DNA from: Protoeuglena noctilucae
Taxonomy: Eukaryota
Direction: 5' to 3'
NCBI GenBank assembly: GCA_958009085.1
Contig: OY253668.1
Location: 1,426,001-1,490,000 of the forward strand
DNA length: 64,000 bases
Below the pieces are notes generated by a model. That model ran no database searches and was not told the DNA's origin. It saw only the letters and a list, made by a program, of their open reading frames with translations. Position numbers and translations under genes: made by a program. Position 1 is the first letter of the stretch, and the number at the start of each line of letters is the position of its first letter. Positions 1 to 23,784 of the stretch are shown here, in pieces.

Positions 1-3000
1 TTCCGCCCCATGCTGGCCTTGCGCATGGCGCTTGCGATGGACTGCTGTCGCTTCCACGCGTTGGCCACCTCCTTCGCCCGCAAATGCCGCTCCCTCTCCA
101 GACGCAGCATCAACAGCGCTGCGAACTGCGCACAGAAGGCCAAGGGAACCCCCGGTTCCATTCACGCTGCATCCCCCAGCTGCCGTGCGTGGGAGTATCT
201 CGCATGGCGGCATCCCAGCGCTCTTGCTGCTCCCCGTTGGGTCTGCTGGACCGAATTCTCACCTCCTCCACCTCCTCCGGCGTCTGCCCGAGCTCCATGC
301 CCTCCCCCTCCGCCTGCCGCCGCACGCCCCCGACCGCGGCGCGCCCGTCGTCCCCGCCCTCGTGCATCAACGCGGCCTCCGCGTCCACGGCCGCCGCAGC
401 CGCAGTCGTGGGTGACACCAGAGCCTGAGGGCAGCTCAGGACACACGCGATGCGGACCGACGCCCATGGGTGCCGCAGCCTGGCACGTCATCTGCTGCAG
501 AAAACGCATAACTCTGGCACGACATGACTCACTTGCAGCCACGACGGCCCCTTCTGCAGCATTATACTCAGCCGGCTCCCCACACGCCCCATCTCCCCAT
601 CCCTCCGGCTCCCCGACTTGCGGACTGATGGCCTCTGCCCTGCTCCCCTGTTATCTGCGAAACGGGCAAGATACAGGCTACATTTGCATTCCCCAGCCAC
701 ACAGGTGAAATCATTCGCACTGCTACTGCTCCCCGCCGCACCGCCTGCGGCCCCGTCGCCGTGCTCGCCACCGCCGTCACCATCAGGCACTGGGATACCA
801 CGCACCTGCCTCGGACGTACTGGTACCCGCGGCAGGCGCGGGGCTGTCCGCCTCTGCCGCCTCCCCCCTGCCCCCGCGCGTGCTGCCACCGGCCAAGTCC
901 GCCGCGGACCCGTGGGCCGCGAGGTCCCCCTTCCTGGAAGAACGGCGCTTGCCGGCCCCCAGCTCCGCGCTGATGAACGAGGACCCGGCAGCGGGGAGAC
1001 CGCCCCCCAGCCGGGACGCCGCCCGGCCGCGCGTGCCCCCCTCGCCCACGCTCTCGCGACCCTGGCTCGCCCTCTGCTGGCTCGCGCCCGTGCTCTCCTC
1101 CCCCTCCCCCTCTGGGATGTGGTCCAGCGCCCCCCGCTCGTCCTCCGCGGCCCCCGCCATGCTCCCCTGTCCCAGGTCGCTGGCCCTGCCTCCCAGGCTG
1201 CTCGCCCAGCCACCCAAGTCGCTGCTCCGCCCTCCCAGTTCGCTCCTCCGTGCCCCCAGGTCGCCGTCCCCCGGCATGGACGACGTGGGGCCGTACCCGC
1301 CCTTGCCGATGCCCAGGTCCAGCAGACTCCGAGAAGACCGACGCATGAAGTCCTGAGACGCCCCTGCACAGGAGTCGGTTGCGTGGGGGTGGAGCGGGGG
1401 GTGGAGCGGGGCGCAAGGGCTGCTCGTCTCAAATGGTCGGAGGCACGCGTGGCGGTCGGCTGCGGGAGCGCAGAGGTGTCGAGCACGCCTCACCTGACCG
1501 CTTGGCCTTGAGCCACTTGCTCTTGCCCCTCACAGGTGGCGGGGGCGCCGAGCTGAGTTGCGGGGTGGGGCAGGGGACCACGAGCATGTCGAGCACGGAT
1601 GAGCTCGACGCAGAGCGTTCCACGTCCACCGCATCAGGCGCGCCCGCCGACGCCTCGCGGGGTGCCGACCGGCGCGCGGGCATGATCTCCGTCAGGGCCG
1701 GCGGGGCGGCACGCGTGGACCCCGCAGCCGACGGCGGCGCGTTCGAGGGCCGGCGAGATGGGTGGGACACGCTCGCCTGCGCCGCGTGGCGGGCGGTGGG
1801 CGGGGCCCGGGACGACATCGGCGTCGGCGCGTCGTCCCTGCGCGAGTCGCCGCGGGCGGAGGCGCGGCCCTGGGAAGACGACGCGACGGAGTCGGCGCGC
1901 ATTCGGCTGCTGAGCTTGCGGAAGATCTTCCCGATGGTCCTGCGGAGAGAGTGGCACATACGGGCTACATGTAGATATGCAAGTGGGCCAAGCCACCCGA
2001 GAGCGAGCTGAACGGCGTTAGATGCCAGGGCGCGCGGCAGCTGCCCTGCACATCAACTTAGCTGCCGAGGGGACTCGCCTGGACATGCCGCGGTCGAGGG
2101 TGCGTTGCACGGGGACGGGGGCCCCCGTGGCCAGCTTCGCCGAATCCCTGTTCCCCGGAGCCGGGACGGCGACTCCCGAGAGGTGCGGGAAGTACTTGGA
2201 GATGACGTCAAAGGGGCCGTGGGCGCTGATGGCGCTGGTGAACTCATGGTAGTCAAGCGCGTCGTCCCGGTTCTGGTCACCCGCGGCTATGATGTGGGCG
2301 AACACGGCCGCCTCGTGGGGCGTAATGAGCGCCTCGCCCTCGCCCATGAGGGCGTCGAGCGTGGCCAGGAGCTCATTCATGCGCAGGACCCCGTTCCCGT
2401 CCATGTCAAAGACCTTGAACGCCTGGGCCAAGATGTACTCGTCCAGCTCCTCCCCGTGGCCCTCCTTGTCGTCGATGCGCCGCAGATACGCCACGCGGAG
2501 GTCGTCGATGCCGATGCGCGCCTCGGGGCCCTTCCCGTGGACGCTCCGGCCCGCGTCGCGCAGCAGCAGCTGCAGCGAGTCGTACGTCACGAGGTAGCCC
2601 ACCGTGTTGAGGATGCAGATGGCTTCCGGGAGGCGGAACGACGTGTTGACGCCGAAGCCGAGCAGGGAGATGACGGTGTTGAGCCTCCGCAACTCCATCT
2701 TGCGCGACGCAAAGTCGTTCAAGTACTTCCTGCAGCCAACGCGACCCCCACCGGATCAAATGGACCTTGTGAAAGGCACCGTTCGGCCCCCGCAGTGTCC
2801 AGAGCTGTCGCCCCTCACCAGTCCTCCTCCCTGACGCCTGTCTTCTGCTCGACGGGCACAACTTTAGCCTCCGGACGTCGCATATTGAAGCATCCAAACG
2901 GCTGGAGACCTGCGGGACAACGAACGGCGGCCATTTGCCCAAACGGGGCATCGCTCCGACGGTCCCCTTGCACGCCCCGCAACGCACCTGTCCTCCGCCC

Positions 3001-3114
3001 CTTTGACGCCCCGGTCTTCTCGCCCTCTCCCGCGTCATTGCGTGGAGCTGGCTGGCTCTCCGCGCCCTCGGAGAGCGGAGGCCTGCCCGGCGCAGGCCCA
3101 ACCCGGCTGGCCAT
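1..3114 (-). CDS. Multi-exon EF-hand calcium-binding protein with long low-complexity C-terminal region; 3' end runs off the window
   Basis: The exon at about 2053-2730 encodes two canonical EF loops (DMDGNGVLRMNE, DQNRDDALDYHE). GT-AG junctions link ORF pieces 2815-3114, 2018-2722, 1429-1959, 783-1493 and 110-418. The internal 3' exon structure is uncertain. Confidence 0.65.
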
Positions 3115-3733
3115 GCCGCGCCAGAGACAAATTCAGGCTCAGCCTCAGCAGAGTCTTCGCCTATTCGGCGAGCACCTGCCGCAGACGAGCGCCGCGTCTC
3201 ATAGGAACCTCTCCCTGCTCACGAAGTCGACGGTGACATGCTCGCCTTGACTGGGCTGGTCTGAGGGCGCGGGAGACATGTGCGCCGAGTTCGAACGAGT
3301 TGTATGCAAAGATCTCAAACTATCATCGAATGCGCGGCGAGCATCGACGTCATTCCCCGGCATCTCCGCCCTCACCGCTTCCCCAATCCGCCTCACTCGA
3401 ATGGCGCAAGTTACTTTGACGGGGATGATACGCAGGCTTCTATTTCGGCACGTCGGGCCCCGCGCCGATCACGCGGCCCGCCAGTTTCACTGGCACCGCA
3501 TTTCCCGTGAGGATCAAACTTCGTGAAACGCTGCGGCGGGGCTGTGCCGACGTAAAGTTCATCGGTCGGCCCCAAGAACAGGGCCCGCAAGCACTCTGAC
3601 CTTTTCCCTCGAAGCTAGCGACCCAGGGCTCGGAGGCGCGCACAGCGTGCCCATGCGAGGGCCATGAAAGGGCCTGACGCTTCGCTGATTGCATAGTAGC
3701 GTCCGCTTCAGCTACTGATATTTGCTCGAATAG

Positions 3734-5602
3734 ATGGCTTCCCCGGCGGAGGCTGCCGCTGCCCTCGGCGACGCAGCGCTGTGCGGCATCTGCCGAGACC
3801 TTTTCCGGGTGCCGCTGGTGCTCAAGTGCGGCGATTCCTTCTGCTCGTCGTGCATACGACGCTACTTGCAACGATGCAGCGGGCGCGGCGAATGCCCAAC
3901 GTGCCGGGAGCCGGGTACGTCGACGCCCAGTACCCCACGCCTCTGCCGTCCCTCTGCCGCCGCCTGCTCGCATCGCCTGCCCGTCCCTCGGCTGCAGTGG
4001 ATGAGCAGGACCTCTGTTTCAACAAAAGCCTCGACGCGATTGCCAAGCTAATGCCCGACGTCCTCCGCGCGCTCGAGGGCGTCGGGCAAGCACCCGCCCG
4101 GCAGCAACAGGGCCGGAGAGCCGCCTTACGCAGCGCGCGGCTCGTCCTCGGTCTCGCGAACAATGCAAGGGCGCCTCGGCAGGCCAGCGCCGATGCGGTT
4201 GTGCTGCACATCGAGTCCTCCCAGGAGCCCAGCGGGGGGCGGCCCGGGAGTGGCAGCAGCGTGAGCGCCTCCGACGGCGCTGGGCGGGGCGGAGAGGTAG
4301 GGGTCGGGGCGCGCCGCACCCGCCGTCCCAAGCGCAGCCGGGGAGACGGCGACGATGGGGCGGCATGCGTGGGGCGGGCGTGCGGGGACGAAGCCGTGCC
4401 TGACAGTGACGCGGAGAGCTCGGAGGTCCAAGTGCAAGTCCCTGAGGTGTGAGCTTGCGTTTGATGTGTTCGCAACGGATGGGCTGCCGCAGCTGCGATG
4501 GGTGCCATGACGGGTGACCTGCCGCTGCCATGCAATGTGCTCCTTTGATGCCGCGCAGGGCTTCGTGGCGTGCCCTGTGTGCGGCATGTCTGTCAAGGCC
4601 GAACTCGTCAACGCGCACATCGACGTGTGCCTGAGCCGCCAGGCGGCGGACGAGCGGCGGGCGGCCGGGGAAACCGCGAGGCCGAGCGGCAGGGACAGCG
4701 GGGGCGCTGGCGCGCTCCAGCGCGTCCCCAAGCGCAACTTTGCTCTGGACAAGGAGGCGACGCTGCGGTCGGTGCTGCGCAAGTACCGCTTGCCCACCAC
4801 AGGCACCAAGGCGACCCTGGTTGCCCGGTACCGGGAGTTCCAGCTGAGGTGAGGGTCAGGGAGCCGCGCGTGGCGAGGCACGTGGCGTTTGACTTCACAA
4901 TGGACAAGCACGTTTTAGGAATGAAGCTAGCAGCTCTTGCTCCCTTCGGCGCCCAGGGTGAACGTGGCCATCGACGCGGGCAGGAAGACGACGATGGAGG
5001 CGGTCGCGAGGGAGGTCGCGCTCGCGGAGTCGAGGGCGGCATCGGCAGCCGGGCCAGCCGTGGTCCACGGCCAGCCCAAAGTGGCTTTGGCGGGGGTGCG
5101 GCGCACGCAGACGCCGACCAGCGTGAACGTCCCGCTGGACCCGCTGCCTCAAGAGCTGGCAGGGGGTCGCGGGGGCGCTGCCAAGGCAGCTAAGATGTCT
5201 GCGGGGGGCTCGGGAGGCGCGGCCCGTGCTCCCCAGACGCCCCGCGCGCAGTGGCTGACGCTCGTGGGCCAAGTGCTGCAGGTGAGCTGTGAGCTGCCCA
5301 GGGTGTGTCGGCGCAGTGACGGGGCACGCTGGGGTGCAGTCGCGGCTGCAGCGCTGCCATCAGCATGTGCTGCTCTGTGGCTGCGAGCGCCACAAGCCCC
5401 CGCACACGACCGAGCCTTCCGCCCCGTTGTTTTGCAGCGGGAGCCAAGCACGCGCCGGCGTGTCGCGGCTGCGTGGCGTGCGCTGACCAGGAAGCGTGCG
5501 CGGGGTTTGGGGGGTATGGGGGAACATGGACAAGCGCCCTGCGGCAGGACAGCGGGCCTGGCAGACCTAGCCTCGACGCTGGCGCCATCCTCCCCCACCT
5601 GA
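3734..5602 (+). CDS. RAD18: RAD18-like E3 ubiquitin ligase (RING + UBZ4 zinc finger + SAP domain), spliced
   Basis: RING CGIC...CGDSFCSSC...CPTC, UBZ4 CPVCGMSVKAELVNAHIDVCL and SAP LRSVLRKYRLPTTGTKATLVARYREF occur in the Rad18 domain order. Confidence 0.8.
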
Positions 5603-5770
5603 GTGGCGGTATCGACTAACACCGTGCGCTGTTATCTTTCAATCGCCATTATTATGTTTGCTTGCTCATTCGAAGCAGTCACGTAGCTCATGACAGGGAC
5701 GAGCGCCATCAACCTTGCGTCGATTGCGCTCAGGTCACTCTCGTGGTGTTAAGGGGCCTCCGCCAGTAGC

Positions 5771-7505
5771 TTAGTACTCTGGCTGGACGGTGGGTCCCTT
5801 CTTGAAGGCGTCGGGCGTGTTCTCGGTGTTGTAGGCCGACCCGCCGTGCTTGGACACGTCGAGCCCCGCCAGCTCCACCTCGGGCTTCACGCGAAGCAGG
5901 CCCAGCATGTGGAGGGTGAAGAAGAGCGCAAACATGATGCCGCCGACCCACGCCGTGATGACCACGATGCCCAGCACCTGGGGATAGATTGAGGCGTTCC
6001 GGCAGGTGAAGGGGGGCAGTGCACACATCGCGGCACGTGCGGCGAGACTGGCACCCGATGGCCCCCCTCGCAAGCCCGCTGACCTGGCAGCCGAGGAGGT
6101 GGCCGGTACCACCATAGAAGGCGCCGTACGTTGCCTTGGCTCCAGAGGTGCCGTACGCCTCCATGACGTACTGACGCTTGGCCAGGAGACCCACGCAGAA
6201 GACGCCCCACGCGCCAGCAGCCCCGTGCATGGGGGCGGCGGAAAGAGGATCATCGATCTGGAGCTTCTCGAGGAGCAGGCATGCGCCGATGAACACGAGG
6301 GCAGACGTGCCGCCAATAAGGATGGCGGCCCAGGGCTCCACCGTAGAGCAGCCGGCCGTGATGGCGACGAGGCCGCAGAGGAGGCCGTTGCAGCAAGCCA
6401 TCAGGTCCCAGTGGCCCTGCATGAAGTAGGTGGCGAACAGGCCCGCCATGCCGCCGGCGCCGGCCGCCAGCGTGGTCGTGACTGCGGAGGGCGTCAAGGA
6501 GGTTGCTTTCAGGCCAACGCTCCAGCCCATCGTCGGGCTCGCGGGTAGTCATGGTCATCAAGCTTCTCACCGGACACTCGCGCGGTGACGGTGAGCGCCG
6601 TGGGCGTGGAGATGGCCAACATCGACCCGGGGTTGAACCCGTACCACCCGAACCACAGCAGGAAGGTCCCCAGCACCACCAGCGTCGCCGAGTGCCCGGG
6701 CATGGCGACCGTCTTGCCGTTCTCGAAGCGCCCCGTGCGAGGCCCCACCACGATGGCGCCCATCAGCCCCGCGACGCCGCCCACCATGTGCACCACGCCC
6801 GACCCTGCGAAGTCGATCATACCGATGCCCCCCAGGGCGTTGGGGTTGAACGCCGACAGCCAGCCGTGCGGCGACCAGATCCAGTGGACGATGACGGGGT
6901 AGACGAAGCCCGTCAGAAGGATGGAGTAGAGGAAGTAGGACATCAGGGACGTGCGCTCAGCCACGGAACCGGAAACGATGGTTGCCGAAGCTGCCGAGAA
7001 AGCCCACTGGAAGAGGAAGGACTGCCAGGACGACTCCGAGAAGACGCTGTGCAGGGCGAACAGGCCACACCCGATGAAGCCGTTGTTGTGCTTGCACGTG
7101 CCGTACGCGAAGCCGTACCCTAGCACGTAGAAGGCCACGGAGGCGGCGCATGCGTCGAGGACGTTCTTGAGGAGAATGTTCATCGTGTTCTTGGTCCGCA
7201 CGGAGCCGGCGCACAGCATGGCGAAGCCGGCCTGCGAGGCGAGAACAGAGCACGAAGGTTCGCTCGACACGTGGCTAGGGCTGGGCACGTTGCGACGTGC
7301 CAGGCGCAGCCAGGCGTGACAGTCGACAATCACGGCATCATCCAACATGCGAGCGGCAGGGGTTGATGAAGCGGGAGCCTCCCTGGCCATCACATCACAT
7401 CACCTGCATGACGAACACGAGGAAGCCTGACATGAGGAGGTAGCCGCCGTCGAGAGAGGCCGCCACGTCGTCGACGCTACGCGTCTGCATGAGCTCTCGC
7501 ATCAT
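5771..7505 (-). CDS. AMT1: Ammonium transporter, AMT1 family, spliced
   Basis: Motifs [63 protein letters not shown]...PMHG and GLDVSKHGG. Confidence 0.95.
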
Positions 7506-8503
7506 ATCTGCTGCTGGGGACTCGAGGGGGGATTCCCTGCGGGCGCGATAGCGAACAAGGACGTTGCGAAGCGGACGAGGGCGCCTGTGAGGCCCGATAT
7601 GGCTTGCGGGGGCGACGCTCGGTCATGCCATGCATGCGCAGTAACAAGAGCGACAACCAAGAAGCAGGAGCGCGGACAAAGAGGCCGGGTCGGGCTCTAT
7701 CGACTGGCCGCCGGGGGCGGCTGGCTGGCTCGCAGAAAGGAGCGGCGCCCACGACGAGGCAGCGCGGGCACGTTATGAAATGCAATGCCGTCAACGCAGG
7801 CGCAGGAGACGAGGCGAGGGGGCGGGGAATGGCGCGAGGGGCCGTCGTTGACAGGGACCCACGTGAAGGGGCCAGGCCCGCCAAAAGGGCGGCTTCCCAG
7901 CGGCAATGGCGCAGCTCGCTCTCAAATGCGAAAGCAAACCCCGAGATTGAAGCGAATTCCGGCCACATTGACGGACGAGGCCGGGCCGGCAGGCGTCTAG
8001 CCACGTGGGGGCGCCGAGGGTCACGCAACGCAGGGGCCAGCGGGCTGAAAACGCCTCCACGGCTCAATCGCGTGAAATTGGTGGGCAGAGGAGGCTTAGG
8101 TCGCCGAGTGGCGCTAGCACGGGTCGGAACCAAGCCCGTCGTGCGGCCCTCTCCTCACCTTAGCTCTTTTGCTCCCGCGGTCCTGCAGCTCGCTCGTTAT
8201 GCTCGTGGCCACCGATCTGGCCAGCCGGGGGTCGCGGGGAGGCTACAAGAGGCCGCGAAACCAGGGTTTTGCCCCTCTGGCAGCCGAAAAAACGTGAAGG
8301 ACGCGCTAACGAACCCCGGACCGGGCTCTTGACCGACGCATTCTCAATATCGTACCATTAGTGGGAAATGGCGCGGCAGTGGCGCCTCTCTGGGGACGCT
8401 GCCTAATATTCGAGCGTACCCGCGACAATGTGCTATCCCTGCGTCACTCTTGTAGTCAACAGACGCTAGCTATGCCGGCAATGCTGCTCGCGAACAACCC
8501 CTG

Positions 8504-10285
8504 TCACCCCACCATGCCAAAGTAGTCGGGCGGGTTGATGGCCAGCGCTGTCCGATACCTGCAGGGGCGGCTGGACGATGCTGTCGAGTTCGCGAGATGC
8601 ATGCAATGATACCATCATGGTTCTCACCCGCCCTTGCCTGGACGGCGCGCTCTGGTCATCGTTGCTGGCATCGCCACCCGCCTCCTCCAGCGCTCGCTCG
8701 ATCGCCTCCGCGGTGGGCAGCTTCCTGAGGATGCAAGAGCATTTTTGAACGCGTTGGTACATGAACCGAGGCACGCGCGGGCCATGCGTGGGACGGGGCT
8801 CATCCACGGTTGCCTTGGTCCCAGCGCCTTGGCGGCAGCCTCGAGGTTCCCGTAGTCGGGGAGCTCCCTCAGCATGAGGCGCTCTGGCGTGCGTTCCTCG
8901 GGCTTGCTGCATGCCAAGTGGCCAGCTACGAGGGCCGCCTCAACAAAATTAACCACGTGCGTGACCAAGGCTGGAACTGCAGGCATGGAGGCACGCCGCG
9001 GGTGATGGGTCGTCACGGGAGACTCGCGCGGTGTCACGGAGCGGCAGGACAAGCCACTTACCCCGGTCGCTCATGCTGAAGAGGCCTGGCCCGTCCAAAG
9101 TGCAGATGGCACGCCCACCCCAGGCCTGCGGCACGGCCGGGCAGATGGCGGGTATGTGAGCGATGCAAAGCGCGGTCATGATGATATCAAGCAGGGGCAC
9201 CGTGAGAGTCAGGGCATGCACACCTGGAACGCCGAGCGCAGAGACTGCACAGAGGCGTCTGCTCCGCCGGTGGCCATCATGACGGGACACCGCAAGGCTG
9301 TAGGCGCCAGCAACAGGTCCCTCATCCTCGCATCCGAGTCGTCCAGCTCGAGACTCCTGCGCGGACGGAACGTGGCCGCCCGGATTGTCGATAAAGCCTC
9401 GACAGGCAGGGGTGCATCACCAGGAGAGGGCACACACCCGTCGATGGCAGCGCACGCGCGGGGCCTGGCTGAGGAGATCAGGCTGACAGCCTGTAGCGCC
9501 GCCCCGGTCGCGTCGCGCCCGCCGTCGGCGCCGCCGAGCACCGCGGCTATCGCCACGGCGTCCAGGTGCCGCGAGCCTCGGCGGTGGACGGCCAACCAGG
9601 GACTCCCGCGCCCCAAGTCCTGCACAGGGTGGCGCCGGCCCATTCCCTGGGGCCGCGAGCCCGGGAACGGGTCCACGAGCGCCAGCGCTCCGACCAGCGC
9701 GGGCTTGCGCACAGCCACCAGGGCGGCAGGCAAGGCGGACATGCCCGCCGCCACGACCGCCAACGGCCTCTTGTACAGGTCCAGCTCCACGATGAATGCC
9801 TCGATGTCGCGCCCGAAGTCGTCCGGAGAGTAGGAAGAGACCTGCTGCGTGCCGCCGTGGCCCCGTGCGTCGGGGGCTAGGACCCGGAACCCTTCGCGGG
9901 CGAGCGCGGTGGCAAGGGCGTCGAACGCCGAGGCTGCAAGCACCGACTGAGGTGAGAGTGATGTAGAGAGCGATGTTCTTAGATGAGGTGATCGGTGCGC
10001 AAGCTCGCGGACGCACCGGTGTGGGCGAGGTCGTGGAGGAGGAGAACGGTGCCGTCCTGGTTGGCTGCGCCCCACTCGAAGTAGCGAGCCCGGATGCCCG
10101 TGTTGAGGTCCACGAAGCGCGGCTTTGGGAGGTCTGCCAGGAAACTCTCGACGGCGCGGACGGCCGCGGCAAGCCGGAAGAGCTCGCTGCGGGGACAGTC
10201 GAGAGCTGCGGAATGAGGCACTACGGGAGGTCCCATGCGCCTTGCGGCTCCCCCACAGATCCCTTTCCTACCTTTCGCTCGACAT
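8504..10285 (-). CDS. Alpha/beta-hydrolase-fold protein, possibly catalytically degenerate, spliced
   Basis: Motifs RYFEWG...VLLLHDL, GFRVLAPDARGHGGT, YSPDDFGRDIEAFI and ALRCPVMMATG. Start inferred as ATG TCG AGC GAA AG|gt. Confidence 0.75.
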
Positions 10286-10691
10286 GCCAATCCGCCAGCC
10301 AAGGCGAGGGCTCGCGGAGCTGCACGACCCCTGCGCCCGTCCGTCTCCCCCACGGCGCGCCTGGAGTACTGAAATCACAAGCCGGTGAATTGGCTAGCTG
10401 AGACTCTTTTTTCGACAAAATCTGGTCCAGGGTTTCAGTGGTTTGCTTCACTGGTGACCCCTTGCGCCGCTGGGCGCCACTGGGTCAGGAGCACTGGCGA
10501 GGGACGGGGTTGATGCGTGGCTGGGAGGGTTTCGGTGCTGTCTTCAGCGCTGTTGAGTCTGTCTCCACGATACATGCTGCGTTGAGGCGCGCGGCTCCAG
10601 AGGACGCGGGTACTGGGCAACGAAGAAGCCTCCAACTGCAACTGCGCCCACCTGGCACCCTCCGTCCCCCGTGACGCGATCCAGGCATTAC

Positions 10692-12823
10692 ATGCGAACG
10701 ATTTTGTCAGCTGGACGTGGGAAGGTGGGGCTTTCCGCGCTACGGTCGCGCCATCTTGCTGGAGGCCTCTCATCCGTTGGTGCCCGTCCCATGTTCGGCC
10801 CGCCCTCGTCGTCCTGCCAGGCTGGAGTGGGGCGAAGAAGAGTGGTCCCTGCGTCGCCTTTCACGCCCGCACCCGCGGCCGCACATTGCCCGGAACCGCG
10901 GGCCCACAGGAGCCTGGCGCCCGTCCATCCATGGCCAGGACGCGCGCGGCGCACCGCTTGCGCGGCGGAGCGCGTTGAGGTGGAGGATGCGGGCCCGGTT
11001 ACTTCTCGGGACTCGCCTCCCTCTGCGACAAAGGTCTCCGTGGATGTCGGCCCCCAGCAACGCGCCCTCGTGGCGCTCTGTGCGCTCGTCGCGCTCATCT
11101 GCGCGGTGGACAGGGCCGCCATGTCCGTTGCCATTCTGCCCATGACAAAGGAGCTTCATTGGAGCGAAGCAACGCAGGGCGCAGTCTCGAGCGCATTCTT
11201 CCTGGGGTACACGGCCACGAACCCGATCGCAGGCACGCTCGCCTCCCGGGGGAGCGCCAAGACCATTCTCGCGGCCGGGGTCGTGGTGTGGAGTCTCTTC
11301 ACCATGGCCACGCCCGTCGCCGCCACCAGGTGCCGCCAGCGCGGTGGTTGTCAGGCAGCGTTCAACCAAGGGGCGATGGCCCATGCCACGGACAAGCCTG
11401 CGCAATCTCGAACCCCACCGTCCCCACTACCCCCGTTGCCCGCAGTGGGTCTCTGGAGACGCTGCTCCTCTGTCGCCTTCTGATGGGCTTTGGCGAGGGC
11501 GTCACGTTCCCCACGATCCAAGCGATGATGGCCGCGTGGATCCCCTCGAAGTGGCGGTCGCGGGCGCTGGCTTCGACTTACGCGGGGGCCCAGGCAGGGA
11601 CCATCGTGTCTCTGGTCACGGCGCCCGCCATTATCGCGGCACTGTCGTGGCCGGCGGTCTTCGTGGTCTACGGCGGTGTGGGGTTCGTGTGGCTCGCGGC
11701 GTGGCTGCGGTGGGTCGAGGACGAGCCCCCAGTCCGGTGAGTGCCATGCTGGCAGCGGGTGTCATGCCAGCAGCGGGTGCATGCAACGTTGTGGCGCTTC
11801 GGCGGAGGCCCCATACAGAGCTGCTCTCCACAAGCCTGCACGCCTCGCAGCACGATCTCACGCCAGCGACCGGCGGGGCGTGCTCTGCAGAGTGTTCAGC
11901 AGAGTCCCTGCCCCTTTTAACGATGAAGCCCGCTTCCACTTGCTCCCAGGATCGAGGGCACGCGGGACTCATCGACCCCTGCCCCCAAGCTCTCTGAGCT
12001 TCCCTGGCGACAGATGCTCACGAGCGCCCCCTTCCTGTCGCTCCTCCTCGCCCACATGACCTGGGCGGTCGGCCACTACACCATCCTGGCATGGCTCCCC
12101 AGTTACTACAGCCAGCAGTATGGCCTCGACACGGCAGGGTCGGCCTTCTACTCCGTGTTGCCGTGGGTGTGCACCGTATTGTGCACCAACCTCGGGGGAT
12201 GGGCTGCGGACTCGCTCATCAACGCCAAGGTCCTCAGTACCGGTCAGGTGAGGGCCACGCGAGGGGTGTGCTGGGGAGCTGTCCCTTGTCTCCCACCTGT
12301 GGCCGACCTGAGCAACTCAGCTGCTACCCCGTCCCATGCTTTACCTGCCAGCAAGACACGTGCATGAATCAGTATCCTCGTGCAACTCGCAGTGCATTTC
12401 GTGCCCGTGTCTCCTCACATCCTTCCCAATGCCAACCCCCCTGACCGTTTGCAGACTCGCAAGCTGATGAACAGCGTGGCGTTCCTGGCGCCCGCCGTGG
12501 CCCTGCTGGCCCTGTCGACAGCAAGCCCCAGCAGCCCGACCGCCGCCCTGGCCTTCATGACGGCGGCCCTTGCCCTGGGAGGGTTCTCCGGCGCTGGGTT
12601 CGCCTCCAACCACCAGGACATCGCGTCACGCACCGCGCCCCTGCTGTTCGGCATCACCAACGCCAGCTCCTCGATCGCGGGCACGACAGCCGTGTACCTG
12701 ACGGGCGTGTGGAGGGACACGGGGCACACGTGGGGGGACATCTGGGGGGCCATTGCGGTGGTGTACGTGGTCGGGGCGGTGGTGTACCTCGCCGGGGGCT
12801 CGGGCAAGCGTCAGTTCGAGTGA
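10692..12823 (+). CDS. MFS anion/phosphate transporter (PHT4/ANTR, SLC17-like) with probable transit peptide, spliced
   Basis: Motifs ICAVDRAAMSVAILPM, QGAVSSAFFLGY, RLLMGFGEGVTFP, LAWLPSYY and AGFASNHQDIA...LFGITN. Confidence 0.9.
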
Positions 12824-13011
12824 CTGTGGTTGTACGGGGTATTGTTTGCCATAGCCAGTGACACGTGGGGCGACTGGGGTTGCTCTTATCAGTCTGTGCA
12901 CCCCTTGGCTGTAATCCCACCCATTCAAATGCGCGGACCAGCGTATATGATGGCAACCTCTTCAACCCATCGCATCTTACAAAGCAAAGCGCCATTTGCT
13001 GTGCCGCAGCC

Positions 13012-20168
<7,157 letters not shown>

Positions 20169-20530
20169 CACAAAGCAATGGGTGCACGTCACAAGCCGCA
20201 GACAAGGAGTATGACAAGGTGCAGGCGGTACCTACCGCCCCTCCTGTCCAAGGCTGTACTGACGTTCTGCACCCGACAGCCTCGGCCTGTTGCGAAGCAG
20301 GCTGCAACTTCTGACAAGCGTAGGGTTTCCCGCATCCTGCCTGCAGCTCTCCCTCACTCTCCCTCGCTCGCACGGTCGTCTGAAAAACGAGTGAACTCAA
20401 ATCTTGGACTGTACTAGTTCAAGCACAGTACCCCAGATCCTAGACCTCTGCCGCAAGCGCGCATCCCTCGTCACCCTCATCCCTCGTCTCCCTTTTGCCC
20501 CATCGGGGTTTTCATCGTGCGCGAGCAGAT

Positions 20531-23565
<3,035 letters not shown>

Positions 23566-23784
23566 GGAGATGCCGGTGATGGGGTGGCGCCCCATGGGAT
23601 CACAGCACGTGAAGTCGTGTCCAAATGTGCGCACATGAGGCCTTGTTGCCCCTGCCGAGGGGGTGAGAGCTTTTCCAATGCTTGGGAGCCCAATGGTGGA
23701 GTCCCTAGGGCGACTAGCCATGCAGTGACGCTGCTAGTGTAGACTTTTTTGCTTGAATCCGCGCCGGGTCTAAGTCTGCTAGCA

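Noticed and set aside
8725..8820. Possible additional GC donor in the hydrolase gene (CCAAG|GCAACC)
   Set aside because: An in-phase GT donor lies 6 nt away, so the case is ambiguous and was excluded from the count.
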